Positions 18,986-28,652 of a stretch of DNA of 64,000 nucleotides are shown in pieces. Source of the stretch: Duncaniella sp. (GTDB lineage Bacteria; Bacteroidota; Bacteroidia; Bacteroidales; Muribaculaceae); assembly GCA_029061025.1 (NCBI GenBank), contig JAIDSW010000251.1, positions 241-64,240 of the forward strand, read 5' to 3'. The notes beneath the pieces were generated by a model. The model made no database searches. It saw only the letters and a program-made list of their open reading frames with translations, and was not told where the DNA came from. The stretch's first letter is position 1, and every line of letters starts with the position of its first letter. Position numbers and translations under genes: made by a program.

Positions 18986-19795
18986 ATGAGCATCGACAGC
19001 GACAACAGGAAATCCCGCATGTGGGCACTCTTGGCCACGGTATTGTTTCATGCCGCGGTGCTCGTCGTGCTCCTGTCGGTATTTCTCCGTTACTCGCCTT
19101 CTGACTTGAGCGAACGCGAATGGCCGCCGGTGGATTCGGCCGAGGTGCTGTTTGCGGGTGAATTTGTGAGGATAGGCGATGATCCCACCGCCGCCGATAA
19201 TGACACCTCCGATCCTGCCGCCGAAGCCGACGCATCGGCTGCCGAGGTCGAGACAGCCGATAATATCGATGCCGGCACTCCCGCCGAGCCGTCCCCCTTG
19301 GTATCCACAGAGACACCATCACCCGCCAAGACAAAGACCAAACCTCAGCCCGAGGTCACCGGACCCACCAAGGCTGAAATAGAGGCCGCCGAGAAGGCTC
19401 GCCGCGAGGAGGAAAAGCGCCGCGAGATCGCCGAGCGCATGAAAAATACCAATTTCGGTTCTACCGCAGGCAAGGGCTCGGGTAATCCCGGCCAAGCCGA
19501 CTGCAACTCCACGTCAGGCGCCACCTCGGGCATGCCGGGATTCAATCTCAAAGGCCGTTCAATGGCCGTATACGAGCAGCCGTCGCGCGGCCCGCTCGGC
19601 ACCGTTACAATCCGCGTGACAGTCAACCGCAAGGGCACCGTAACCTCGGCCCGCTATGAATCGGGTACCGGCTCGGCTGCCGCAAGCGCCGCCACACGCA
19701 AGAATTGCGAGCAGGCCGCCCTGAAATCTCAATTCTCCGTGGCTGAAGACGCGCCCGTATCTCAATCAGGTACCATCACCTATAATTTCCGCTAA
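18986..19795 (+). CDS. tonB: TonB/TolA-like energy transducer
   Basis: N-terminal TM with His, Pro/charged linker, TonB-C-like domain (GTVTIRVTVNRKG...GTITYNF). Confidence 0.75.
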   Translation: MSIDSDNRKSRMWALLATVLFHAAVLVVLLSVFLRYSPSDLSEREWPPVDSAEVLFAGEFVRIGDDPTAADNDTSDPAAEADASAAEVETADNIDAGTPAEPSPLVSTETPSPAKTKTKPQPEVTGPTKAEIEAAEKARREEEKRREIAERMKNTNFGSTAGKGSGNPGQADCNSTSGATSGMPGFNLKGRSMAVYEQPSRGPLGTVTIRVTVNRKGTVTSARYESGTGSAAASAATRKNCEQAALKSQFSVAEDAPVSQSGTITYNFR

Positions 19796-19801
19796 CCTAC
19801 A

Positions 19802-20818
19802 ATGGCAATCACAATATTAGGAATCGAGTCGTCGTGTGACGACACTTCGGCAGCCGTGATACGCGACGGCCTGCTGCTGAGCAATGTAATAGCTTCGCAG
19901 AAAGTACATGAGGAATATGGAGGCGTGGTGCCCGAACTGGCCTCGCGCGCCCATCAGCAGAACATCGTGCCCGTAGTTGACACCGCCCTGTCGAGAGCCG
20001 GAATCGCCAAAGAGGATCTCACGGCCATAGCCTTTACGCGAGGTCCCGGGCTTATGGGATCGCTGCTCGTGGGCACATCGTTTGCCAAAGGGCTGTCGCT
20101 CGGCCTGCGCATACCCATGGTGGATGTCAACCATCTCCACGGCCATGTGCTCGCTCACTTCATACGCCGCAATCCCGATGACCGCGTGCCTGAATACCCG
20201 TTTCTGTGCCTGCTCATCTCGGGCGGCAACAGCCAGCTGATACTCGTGCGCAACTATAACGACATGGAAATCCTCGGGCACACCATCGACGATGCTGCCG
20301 GCGAGGCTTTTGACAAGTGCGCCAAGGTGATGGGTCTCCCCTATCCCGGCGGTCCACACATAGACCGTCTCGCAGCCGAGGGCAACCCCAAGGCATTCAA
20401 GTTTGCCAAGCCTCACCTGCCCGGTCTCGACTACAGTTTCAGCGGCCTCAAGACATCATTTCTCTACACGCTGCGCGACAACCTCAAGACCGATCCTGAC
20501 TTTATCGAGCATCACCGCGCCGACCTTGCCGCCTCGCTGCAACACACCATCATATCCATTCTCATGGACAAGCTCGACAAAGCGGTGAAGCTCACCGGAG
20601 TGCGCACCGTGGCGATAGGAGGCGGCGTGTCGGCCAACTCGGGAGTGCGCGACGCCGTGGCCCGCTACTGCGCCGAGCACGGATTGAATGCTTTCATCCC
20701 CGAGCGCACATTTACCACCGACAATGCCGCCATGGTAGCTATAGCGGGATATTACAAGTATCTCGACAAGGATTTCTGCGCCTACTCATCAGTACCCTAC
20801 GCACGAGTCACGATATGA
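19802..20818 (+). CDS. tsaD: tRNA t6A threonylcarbamoyltransferase TsaD
   Basis: ILGIESSCDDT, GGVVPELASRAH, HLHGH, DDAAGEAFDK, DNAAM. Confidence 0.97.
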   Translation: MAITILGIESSCDDTSAAVIRDGLLLSNVIASQKVHEEYGGVVPELASRAHQQNIVPVVDTALSRAGIAKEDLTAIAFTRGPGLMGSLLVGTSFAKGLSLGLRIPMVDVNHLHGHVLAHFIRRNPDDRVPEYPFLCLLISGGNSQLILVRNYNDMEILGHTIDDAAGEAFDKCAKVMGLPYPGGPHIDRLAAEGNPKAFKFAKPHLPGLDYSFSGLKTSFLYTLRDNLKTDPDFIEHHRADLAASLQHTIISILMDKLDKAVKLTGVRTVAIGGGVSANSGVRDAVARYCAEHGLNAFIPERTFTTDNAAMVAIAGYYKYLDKDFCAYSSVPYARVTI

Positions 20819-22056
20819 AAATTTCATTCATTGCCATCGGCACCGAGCTGCTCATCGGGCAGGTGACCGATACCAATTCAGGCGCCATAGCCCGCCATAT
20901 AGCTCCCTACGGCTGGGAAATCAACGATATTCAGGTAATCGACGACAACGAGCCTGATATAATCCGCGCCGTGGAGCGAGCACTTGCCACTTCGGATGTA
21001 GTGGTCACTACAGGTGGCCTCGGCCCTACGAGCGACGACATCACCAAGCATGTACTCACCCGCTTCTTCGGCGGCCGCCTCGTGGAGTCGCCTGAAGTGC
21101 TTGAAAATATCAGGCGGATATTCAATAAGAGGGGATTCGACCTCAACCGCCTCACATCGCTGCAAGCCATGGTGCCCGACAACTGCACCGTGATACAGAA
21201 CCGCGTAGGCACCGCCCCGATAATGTGGTGGGAACGCGACGGTAAGGTGCTCGTCTCGATGCCCGGAGTGCCTTTCGAGACCGAAACCATGTGGAAGGAG
21301 GAAGTTTTTCCACGCTTGCTGCGCCGCTTCCCGAGCGACATGGCCATAGCTCATGCCACACTCCTCGTCACCGACTACACCGAAAGCGCTCTTGCCGAAT
21401 ATATAGCTGATTTCGAGCGCGATCTGCCCGAATATCTTCACCTGGCCTATCTTCCCAAGCAGGGAACGATAAGACTAAGGCTCGACGGAAAGCATCCCGA
21501 CGCCGATTTCATCACCTTAGAAGTAAAGCGCTATGCCGCCATGCTTGCCCAACTGCTCGGCCCGGCAGTGATAGCCGAGCGCGATGCCTCGCCTGCCGAG
21601 ATTCTCATAGATCTTGCCCGCGAGAAAGGACTTAAAATCGCCTCGGCCGAAAGTTGCACCGGCGGAAATATAGCCCACGCCATCACCGCAGTGCCTGGTG
21701 CGTCGGATGTGTTCAACGGCGCCGTAGTATCGTATTCCAACCAAGTCAAGATCTCTCTGCTCCATGTCGACCCCGCCACCATCGATTCACTCGGTGCCGT
21801 AAGCGAACCTGTCGCAGCCATGATGGCAGCAGGAGCGCTCGAAGCCTGTGGTGCCGACGTGGCAGTTTCCACCTCTGGCATAGCCGGCCCGGGCGGAGGA
21901 TCGGCCGAGAAACCGGTGGGAACGGTGTGTATGGGAGTAGCCGTAAAAGGCCGCGCCACCGAATCATACACATTCCGCTTCGCCGGCGACCGCAACCGCA
22001 TAATCGACTCAGCCACCCGCCGCGCCATCATCCTCGCCATCAAGGCAATCAGATAA
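20815..22056 (+). CDS. cinA: CinA (molybdopterin-binding-like domain plus PncC NMN deamidase)
   Basis: IGTELLIGQVTDTN, TGGLGPTSDD, AESCTGG, GIAGPGGG. Confidence 0.95.
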   Translation: MKISFIAIGTELLIGQVTDTNSGAIARHIAPYGWEINDIQVIDDNEPDIIRAVERALATSDVVVTTGGLGPTSDDITKHVLTRFFGGRLVESPEVLENIRRIFNKRGFDLNRLTSLQAMVPDNCTVIQNRVGTAPIMWWERDGKVLVSMPGVPFETETMWKEEVFPRLLRRFPSDMAIAHATLLVTDYTESALAEYIADFERDLPEYLHLAYLPKQGTIRLRLDGKHPDADFITLEVKRYAAMLAQLLGPAVIAERDASPAEILIDLAREKGLKIASAESCTGGNIAHAITAVPGASDVFNGAVVSYSNQVKISLLHVDPATIDSLGAVSEPVAAMMAAGALEACGADVAVSTSGIAGPGGGSAEKPVGTVCMGVAVKGRATESYTFRFAGDRNRIIDSATRRAIILAIKAIR

Positions 22057-22116
22057 ATCAGAGCAGAAGTATATTATATCTTTCGGCTAAAAATCGAATC
22101 ATAACCCGGGATTATA

Positions 22117-22395
22117 TCACATACCATTTCCAATATTCTCGCTAAGCATAAAAGTGATAATTCCGAATATAATACAAAACCATAGCGCTACGATACGAGT
22201 ATACAATTTAGCCTTTGCATAATAATACGTTATTGTTCCGGCGAAAGCGAATATGCTTATCGCACCTATTATTATGAGCCAGTCAGGAAATGACCTGATA
22301 ATAAATGTAAGAATAATCACTAAAACGATAGGCGACAGCAACCAGTAACACCATCGTGGAATTACATTATTATCAGTATTATCGGCGTGTTTCAT
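22117..22395 (-). CDS. Small AT-rich three-TM membrane protein, function unknown
   Basis: 92 aa, three hydrophobic segments, 7 bp after the previous stop. Confidence 0.65.
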   Translation of the reverse strand: MKHADNTDNNVIPRWCYWLLSPIVLVIILTFIIRSFPDWLIIIGAISIFAFAGTITYYYAKAKLYTRIVALWFCIIFGIITFMLSENIGNGM

Positions 22396-22402
22396 ATAGA
22401 GA

Positions 22403-23347
22403 TTAATTTGACAATCTGCTGAGTATTGATTTAACCATAGCGATGTGGTCCTTATTGTCGAGGCCGTGTTCGTAGAAATATGCCTGAAGCTCGGCTTTCA
22501 GCGCCAGGCGCTGAGTCCGATCATGCTTTGACGACAAGAGCTCTTCGGCCTTACCTATCAGAGTGGAATAATGGGCCAGCACTGCTATATGGTTTGCAGC
22601 ACGTTCGGCCTCAGCCATCTGCTGAGGATGGCCGTAATTCATGATTATTTCACGATTATCGTCAAGCAACTTCTTGGCTTCGGCTACTATCGCGGAGAAA
22701 TCCGAATCGAGAGGCATGCGCAGGGCTTCTGTCTCCATGGTGTTGAGCTGATCCACTACCGTAGCGGCATGGGAGCGCTTGGCTATGGCGGCATCCTTGA
22801 TGCGGGTGGCGCGCTCGTAGCTTCTCTCAAGAGCGGCTGCTTCGGCTCTCATGCCGTCTATATCGCTATAAAGTCGCTCGGTTTCAACGGCGTAAGATGC
22901 CGTAACAGAATCCACCCGGGCTTTCTGACGGGTGATGTCGGCGAGGACAGCCTGCAGCGAATCGCGTGTCGAGGTCATGCCGTCAGCTGCCGTAGAGCGC
23001 GATGCCTCGGCCCGCGTCAAGCGGTATTCAAGAGCCGCGAGGGTATTTGCGGCGGCGCGCAGCCGGGCTTTGAGGATCTTGATGGAATCAGCAGTCTCGG
23101 AGGCAGTGGCCGATGTGTAACCCGTGGCTATGCCGGGCGATGACAGATACTCGTTGATGCAGTTTTTTATCAGTATCATGCGCACCTCGGCATCATCTTT
23201 CTTTTTTGTCACTTTGGCGGCAGCGTTGTCGATATCCTTGGCCGACGGCGCGATGAGTTGCAGTGCCTGATTCTGCGCTGCAGCCTCGGGAAGCGGCAAA
23301 AGCAGCATTGTAGCTGCTATAGCGATATGTTTTACGATTGCTTTCAT
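22403..23347 (-). CDS. Secreted coiled-coil protein, function unknown
   Basis: Signal peptide; heptad-rich helical body; ATGA overlap with the upstream gene. Confidence 0.75.
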   Translation of the reverse strand: MKAIVKHIAIAATMLLLPLPEAAAQNQALQLIAPSAKDIDNAAAKVTKKKDDAEVRMILIKNCINEYLSSPGIATGYTSATASETADSIKILKARLRAAANTLAALEYRLTRAEASRSTAADGMTSTRDSLQAVLADITRQKARVDSVTASYAVETERLYSDIDGMRAEAAALERSYERATRIKDAAIAKRSHAATVVDQLNTMETEALRMPLDSDFSAIVAEAKKLLDDNREIIMNYGHPQQMAEAERAANHIAVLAHYSTLIGKAEELLSSKHDRTQRLALKAELQAYFYEHGLDNKDHIAMVKSILSRLSN

Positions 23348-23907
23348 TTCTTTATTTCAGCGTTGATGCGGTCATTCTCTGCCTTCAACCCGTCGATCTG
23401 AAGGCGCATACTGTCGGCTTGCTCGCGGGCAGCTACAAGTTCCACACTGTCGGCACGCATGGCAGCGAGGACAAGATCGAGTTCGGCACGCGCTTTCTCT
23501 ATAGACGATCGCAGTTGCTCGATATCGTCACGCGCCTGTGTCACATCGGGATTTTCCGAAGAGACGGCGGCCGTGTCGGCCATCATCGCCTCCTTGATCG
23601 ATATTTCCACACGCATGCGGGCGAGCGAGTCGGCAAGCTCATCGCGCAAGGCGATTGCCGAGAGAATTTTGGTCACATCACGCTCCTTGACCTGCGTGGT
23701 GCGAAACAGTTCGGCAAAGGCTTCGATTACGGAATATTCACGCACGGTGCGTGTATCGTCATCGGCTATCGAGGCGGTCTTTTCAGCAGCGATCGTGCGT
23801 GCAAGTTTATCGTCGACCTTGTAATAAGCATTAGGCTTGGCAGCATATCCGGCAAGAGACGCCAGCGCAACTACAGCTATTATCAGCAGATTGAGGCTTG
23901 ATTTCAT
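23344..23907 (-). CDS. Secreted coiled-coil protein, function unknown
   Basis: Signal peptide (ASLAGYA-A); long coiled coil. Confidence 0.75.
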   Translation of the reverse strand: MKSSLNLLIIAVVALASLAGYAAKPNAYYKVDDKLARTIAAEKTASIADDDTRTVREYSVIEAFAELFRTTQVKERDVTKILSAIALRDELADSLARMRVEISIKEAMMADTAAVSSENPDVTQARDDIEQLRSSIEKARAELDLVLAAMRADSVELVAAREQADSMRLQIDGLKAENDRINAEIKK

Positions 23908-23920
23908 GACTAATAAATGA

Positions 23921-26311
23921 TTATTTTACACCCGTCTTCTTCAACTCACCGGCAGCATAACCGAAATCACGCTTAGGATCATTCTTGCTATACCGATGCC
24001 AGTAGGCATCATAGTATTTCACAGCCTCCTGTTGCTGCGGGGTGAATGATTTCCGGTACTTGCACGGAGAGTCTTTAGGATCGAAAAATGTCCTGTAGGC
24101 CTTGACCTTCGCGGCATATTTGGGGAACTCGGCGGCAATATCTTCGCCGGCATGATCACTCTGATACTGCTCTATAGCTTCCACATCGGCCATGGAGCAG
24201 TTCATCATGTCGAGCTTAGCAAGAAGCTCTTTATAAGAATTGAGTTTTGCATCATAAGCGGCTTTCTCGGCTTCGGCCGCAGCAGCCTCCTGCTCCTTGA
24301 TCTCATTCATCCTTACGAGAGCCACGGTGAGTGAATCGGCATAACGCGAGGCGGGATACAGGGCATGAAATCTCGCAATGGAATCCTCGTTGACATTCAC
24401 GCTGAGCGCCTTATAAAGCCGTGCGGCGGGAGTGGCGGGGAGAAATATACTGCGCGCATCTTCCTCGGGGGTTTCTGATTCAAGGAAAGTGTTGAGATAG
24501 GTAAACTCCTCATCTCTAATCACTTCACTAAGGGAGAGGGTGTCGACACCTTCGTCGCCGTAGTCTACCACGATGCGTTCGTTGCCGCTAAGCAAGCCCG
24601 CGGGCTTGGTGCGGGTGAAGCGCATTGTGGTTCCGTTGGCGTTCATCAGTCGGTCGAGTGAATCCAGAGGGGTTACCGACGTTATATGGTCGGGCTCGGC
24701 GGCCTTGAGGTTGATATGATAATAGCGCGGAGTTTCGGCGCTGAATATCAACAGCCATGCCAATACGATAAGAACAGCTATGAGCAGCAGCGAGGATATA
24801 ATCAGGCCGGTCTTGCTGAAAAGAGCCTCGGCCATGCGGCTTAACGCCGAAGGTCGGTAGGTGACCGTATAGCGTCCCTTGCCGTCGTTCTTCACTTCAA
24901 ATTCGCCACTGGTCCGGCTATTCCCGCCGGCCTTGAAATTGGCCACCACATCATCAACTTTACTTGTGGTAACTTCCACTTCGTCACCCTTGTTTACGGT
25001 ATAGGCTTTACCGTCTTCAATCTTCTTTCCGTCGATATAATACTTACCGCAGTTGATGAATCTCACGGTCACGTCGTCGGGCGACAGGTCTTTACCTGCC
25101 TCAGAGTCAGTCGCGGCACCGGCCGCGGCATCAACCGGCCTTATGGTATATATACGGAGACGGGTATAATCCTCATGGCTAAGTAAATACTGCTCACCGT
25201 CAAGCTGATTGGCAAAAACAACATCGGCCACACTTTCGGCGGCAATTACTCCGGGAACAACTTTCTTGAGATTGCCGGCTATCTTGACCTGCACGGCCAC
25301 CGGCAGGCAGTTCACCACCACGGTACCGGTAACGGTAAACTCTCTGTCGACGATGCGCAACAAAGGCACCAGCAGCTCCCTATCCTTGCTGCGGCAACTG
25401 AGTGCGAGCGGTTTGCCCGAAGCTCCGTAGGGCAGACGGGCGACGGAGTTCTTTATCTCATAATCCTTGCCCTCGTATCTTACGGCCAACTTACAGTCGG
25501 CCACCAGGCGGTTGAATATATGCGGAAGCGATATGGAGATAATCTCATATGCCGGAGTAAACACATATACGCCATCCACAAGACTCACATTGAAGTCATG
25601 AGCGCGCAGCGACATCTTGACCGTAGGTGGCACTATGAGCTGCTGACCCTCTATGACGCGGGTTTCGAGAGTCATATTGGCAGTATATATCTCGGCCTCG
25701 ATTTCGGGATTGGCGCCTTCGGGGAGCCTGATGCGCGGAGTGAGTCCCACGGCAGTCACCACAAGCGGTGACTGCGCTTCGATCATATCGATAGGGCGGC
25801 ACTTCCCGATAGGGAATTTTTCGTTGGAATACCGGTTGGGATAGAGCCCCACGATATATTCAGCCGTAACCTTGGGACCGTCGATCGGGAATACCCAAAC
25901 ACCTTCAAGCTGAGCGGGGGATACCACTCCCTCGGTCTTGTTTGACAGCCGTAGCAGCGGAGCCACCGTGTTAGTGTCGCAATTCTTGCCGTTGACCTGA
26001 ACCTGCAGATAATATCTCACCGGCTTCATGCGCGGAAGCACCATGCGGTAATCCCTTCCCTGACGGGAGAGTAATCCGCTCTTTACAAGCTCGTCGACCG
26101 TGCCGCTGCCGGTCCAGTCGTGGAAGTAACGGCGCCGCAAGGTCACTTCAACCCGATCGGCTGGTCGCAGGTTCACGTCGCCGATATGACAAGTATAGTC
26201 AATGCCGTTGACACGAAGCGAGACTATCTCGACACTCTCGTCGGCCATGGGGATGAGGCAGTTCACCGACGCAGATTCCTCATTAATATATGATGATGTA
26301 TCGTTGCTCAT
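23921..26311 (-). CDS. Large bitopic membrane protein, function unknown
   Basis: 796 aa; no signal peptide; ~500-aa beta-rich N-terminal region, one TM (GLIISSLLLIAVLIVLAWLLIF), ~270-aa C-terminal region. Confidence 0.8.
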   Translation of the reverse strand: MSNDTSSYINEESASVNCLIPMADESVEIVSLRVNGIDYTCHIGDVNLRPADRVEVTLRRRYFHDWTGSGTVDELVKSGLLSRQGRDYRMVLPRMKPVRYYLQVQVNGKNCDTNTVAPLLRLSNKTEGVVSPAQLEGVWVFPIDGPKVTAEYIVGLYPNRYSNEKFPIGKCRPIDMIEAQSPLVVTAVGLTPRIRLPEGANPEIEAEIYTANMTLETRVIEGQQLIVPPTVKMSLRAHDFNVSLVDGVYVFTPAYEIISISLPHIFNRLVADCKLAVRYEGKDYEIKNSVARLPYGASGKPLALSCRSKDRELLVPLLRIVDREFTVTGTVVVNCLPVAVQVKIAGNLKKVVPGVIAAESVADVVFANQLDGEQYLLSHEDYTRLRIYTIRPVDAAAGAATDSEAGKDLSPDDVTVRFINCGKYYIDGKKIEDGKAYTVNKGDEVEVTTSKVDDVVANFKAGGNSRTSGEFEVKNDGKGRYTVTYRPSALSRMAEALFSKTGLIISSLLLIAVLIVLAWLLIFSAETPRYYHINLKAAEPDHITSVTPLDSLDRLMNANGTTMRFTRTKPAGLLSGNERIVVDYGDEGVDTLSLSEVIRDEEFTYLNTFLESETPEEDARSIFLPATPAARLYKALSVNVNEDSIARFHALYPASRYADSLTVALVRMNEIKEQEAAAAEAEKAAYDAKLNSYKELLAKLDMMNCSMADVEAIEQYQSDHAGEDIAAEFPKYAAKVKAYRTFFDPKDSPCKYRKSFTPQQQEAVKYYDAYWHRYSKNDPKRDFGYAAGELKKTGVK

Positions 26312-26361
26312 TCTTATCAGGAAATACCGAAGCGCTTCGCCGAGCGCAACGGGGTGTCAGG

Positions 26362-26442
26362 CAAAGTTACAAAAAAATAATTAAACGGAAGCGATTAATC
26401 CTGATTAATCGGGATTTAACCGGACTAATCAGGATTAACATG
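26362..26442 (-). promoter_or_regulatory. -7 element (TAACTTTG, 26362-26369) preceded by five 10-bp phased repeats that also form a 13-bp inverted repeat
   Basis: gattaatcct/gattaatcgg/gatttaaccg/gactaatcag/gattaacatg at 26393-26442; ttaatcctgatta...taatcaggattaa. Confidence 0.65.
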
Positions 26443-26459
26443 ACGATTAAGCAAGTCTC

Positions 26460-28478
26460 TCAATCCTCGCCCGAGGTGAGGCGGAAGTCGTAGCCGACAG
26501 GGACAAAGAAGGTTACGCGGAATATCGAGGCGGCGCCGTCAGTGATTATGTCGCCGTCGGTCATGGTCATCTGGCGGCGGTTGCGCTGGTTGAAAGCGCC
26601 GATAGTCTGATTGAGTATATCGAGGCCTGTACCGGTGCCTTCGGCGGGAGAGAAATCACCCGACGGCACGGTGTTGTCGATGGTGAGAAGCGTGCCGCCC
26701 TCTACGCGGCGTATGTCAAGACGCAGTTTCTTTCCCGGATAGTCGTAGCCCATCAGGCCATGTTTCACCGCATTTTCCACCACAATCTGGAGCATCATGC
26801 CGGGCACTACGGTGCGCTCGGGATTGATGAGCGGATCAATAACTTCCTCGTAGGTGAAGTCGTCGCCGAGCGACGGCGAGATTACGTCGATATAGGTGCG
26901 GATGAAGTCGAGTTCCTCACCCAGGGTGATGAGCTGACGGTTGCAGAGCTCGAGATTGAGGCGCATCAGGCTCACGAGATTCCTGATGTTGACATTATCG
27001 ACCGACAGCTCGGCATTGAGGATATTGAATACGAAGTGGGGCGATATGCGGTTGCGGGCATTCTCGATGCGCATGCCCAGCATGGAGCTGCGCAGGCGCT
27101 CAAGCTGCTTCATGTTGCGACGGCGACGCATCTGCGAATGCACGGCTATCGACAGCACGATGATGACTGCCAGAGTCACCACTACGGCTACCCACAGATA
27201 GAGCCGCGAGATTTCCTCCTCTTTCTCGGCCACGCGCACACGGGTGCGGAGTATGGTGGTGTCCTGACTGTAGCGGTCGCTTACTTCGGCGGTGTAGTTG
27301 CGCGCCATGAAGTGCATGATGGAATCGTCGAGCGCCTCGGCCTTCACAAGATGGCGCATAGCTTCCTTATAGTCGCCCACGGCGTCGTAATACTTGCGCA
27401 ACCGGTGGTGGTGAAGAGCCACGTAGCGGGGTGAGAGGGTGATGGAATCGGCGTCGGCTTTCAGCAGCAGTCGCCGTGCCTGCTCAAGGTTGCCCGAGCG
27501 AAGCTCAAGCTCGCCGCGGAGCGAGTTGATATAAAACGCCTGATTTACGTCGTGGAACGCCATAGCGTCAAATTCGTCCACGGCCATGTCTATGTAATGT
27601 CGGGCGAGATCGAGCGAATCGAGATACATGTAGCACTCGCCCAGATTGGAATGTGTCACGGCATCGAGGTAAGGATCGCCTATCGAATCAAGCTCGGCAC
27701 CGGCACTGAAGAAATCGGCCAGGGCGGCGCGGAAATCCTTGCGGTAATAGTAGCTGTTGCCTCGCGATGAGTAGAAATAGAATCGGTCGGTAAGCGTCAC
27801 GCGGTCGAGCATCGGCACGTTGAGCTGATAAAAGCGGTCGGCCTCATCGTTGTTGCCGAGCACATTGTAGATTGCCGCCGCGCGTGTTATGATGGAGAAA
27901 TCGAGGTCGTGCACTCCGGTGGAGTCAGCCAGCAGTATGGCCTCGCGCAGTTTCACCACTCCTTCGGCCGGGTTTCCCGTCATTTCGAGCAGTTCGCCGC
28001 CGTTGGCAAGATTCTTAATGGCAAGATGCCAGTTGCGGTTAGCATGAGCCTGCGCCGCCGCAAGGAGGAAATCGTCGGCTGCCTCACGGTTATGCCCGTA
28101 AAGCGAATGGATCACTCCCGTAATATAAGTGAACCGTTCCTGAGCCGACCGGGACCGGGGATTATGATTGACATACCGTCGGGTGGCCGACATAAGCGAG
28201 TCGCTCGCGGCGACATCTCTTTTCACAAGCGCGGCAAGCGCTATATGAGGCGTAAGGGCATAGTATACGTCACTGTCGGCAGCGAGGGAGTCACGCAACC
28301 GGGTCAGACCGTCGCATGCCTCGACGGGTGAGGTATAGATTGCCTGATAATATTTTCCGGCAAGGGAATCGGCACGAGCCATCATGGAGGCGGGAGAGGA
28401 AGGATGCTTCGAGCATCCGGCGAGGGCGATTATCATTGCCGCCATTGCCGCGGCGAGGATTTTCAATAGGTGTTTCAA
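26460..28478 (-). CDS. TPR-sensor LytS/YehU-type histidine kinase
   Basis: Periplasmic TPRs, one TM, H-box RISPHFVFNILN, N-box VENAVKHG, G-box GTGTGL; TTG start. Confidence 0.9.
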   Translation of the reverse strand: MKHLLKILAAAMAAMIIALAGCSKHPSSPASMMARADSLAGKYYQAIYTSPVEACDGLTRLRDSLAADSDVYYALTPHIALAALVKRDVAASDSLMSATRRYVNHNPRSRSAQERFTYITGVIHSLYGHNREAADDFLLAAAQAHANRNWHLAIKNLANGGELLEMTGNPAEGVVKLREAILLADSTGVHDLDFSIITRAAAIYNVLGNNDEADRFYQLNVPMLDRVTLTDRFYFYSSRGNSYYYRKDFRAALADFFSAGAELDSIGDPYLDAVTHSNLGECYMYLDSLDLARHYIDMAVDEFDAMAFHDVNQAFYINSLRGELELRSGNLEQARRLLLKADADSITLSPRYVALHHHRLRKYYDAVGDYKEAMRHLVKAEALDDSIMHFMARNYTAEVSDRYSQDTTILRTRVRVAEKEEEISRLYLWVAVVVTLAVIIVLSIAVHSQMRRRRNMKQLERLRSSMLGMRIENARNRISPHFVFNILNAELSVDNVNIRNLVSLMRLNLELCNRQLITLGEELDFIRTYIDVISPSLGDDFTYEEVIDPLINPERTVVPGMMLQIVVENAVKHGLMGYDYPGKKLRLDIRRVEGGTLLTIDNTVPSGDFSPAEGTGTGLDILNQTIGAFNQRNRRQMTMTDGDIITDGAASIFRVTFFVPVGYDFRLTSGED

Positions 28479-28652
28479 GTCTGTATCAGGTAATAAAGGT
28501 TTGATATTCCGCTGGTTGAGATTATAAGGTGAGGATGATTAAGCCTTAAAGGCTCACAAAGTTAACAAAAAATATCTTAATTTCTTAACCATAACGTAAA
28601 AATTGTGGTTGAGAAACAGATTGTGCCCGCGGGGCGCGGCGGGCGTTCCGTA

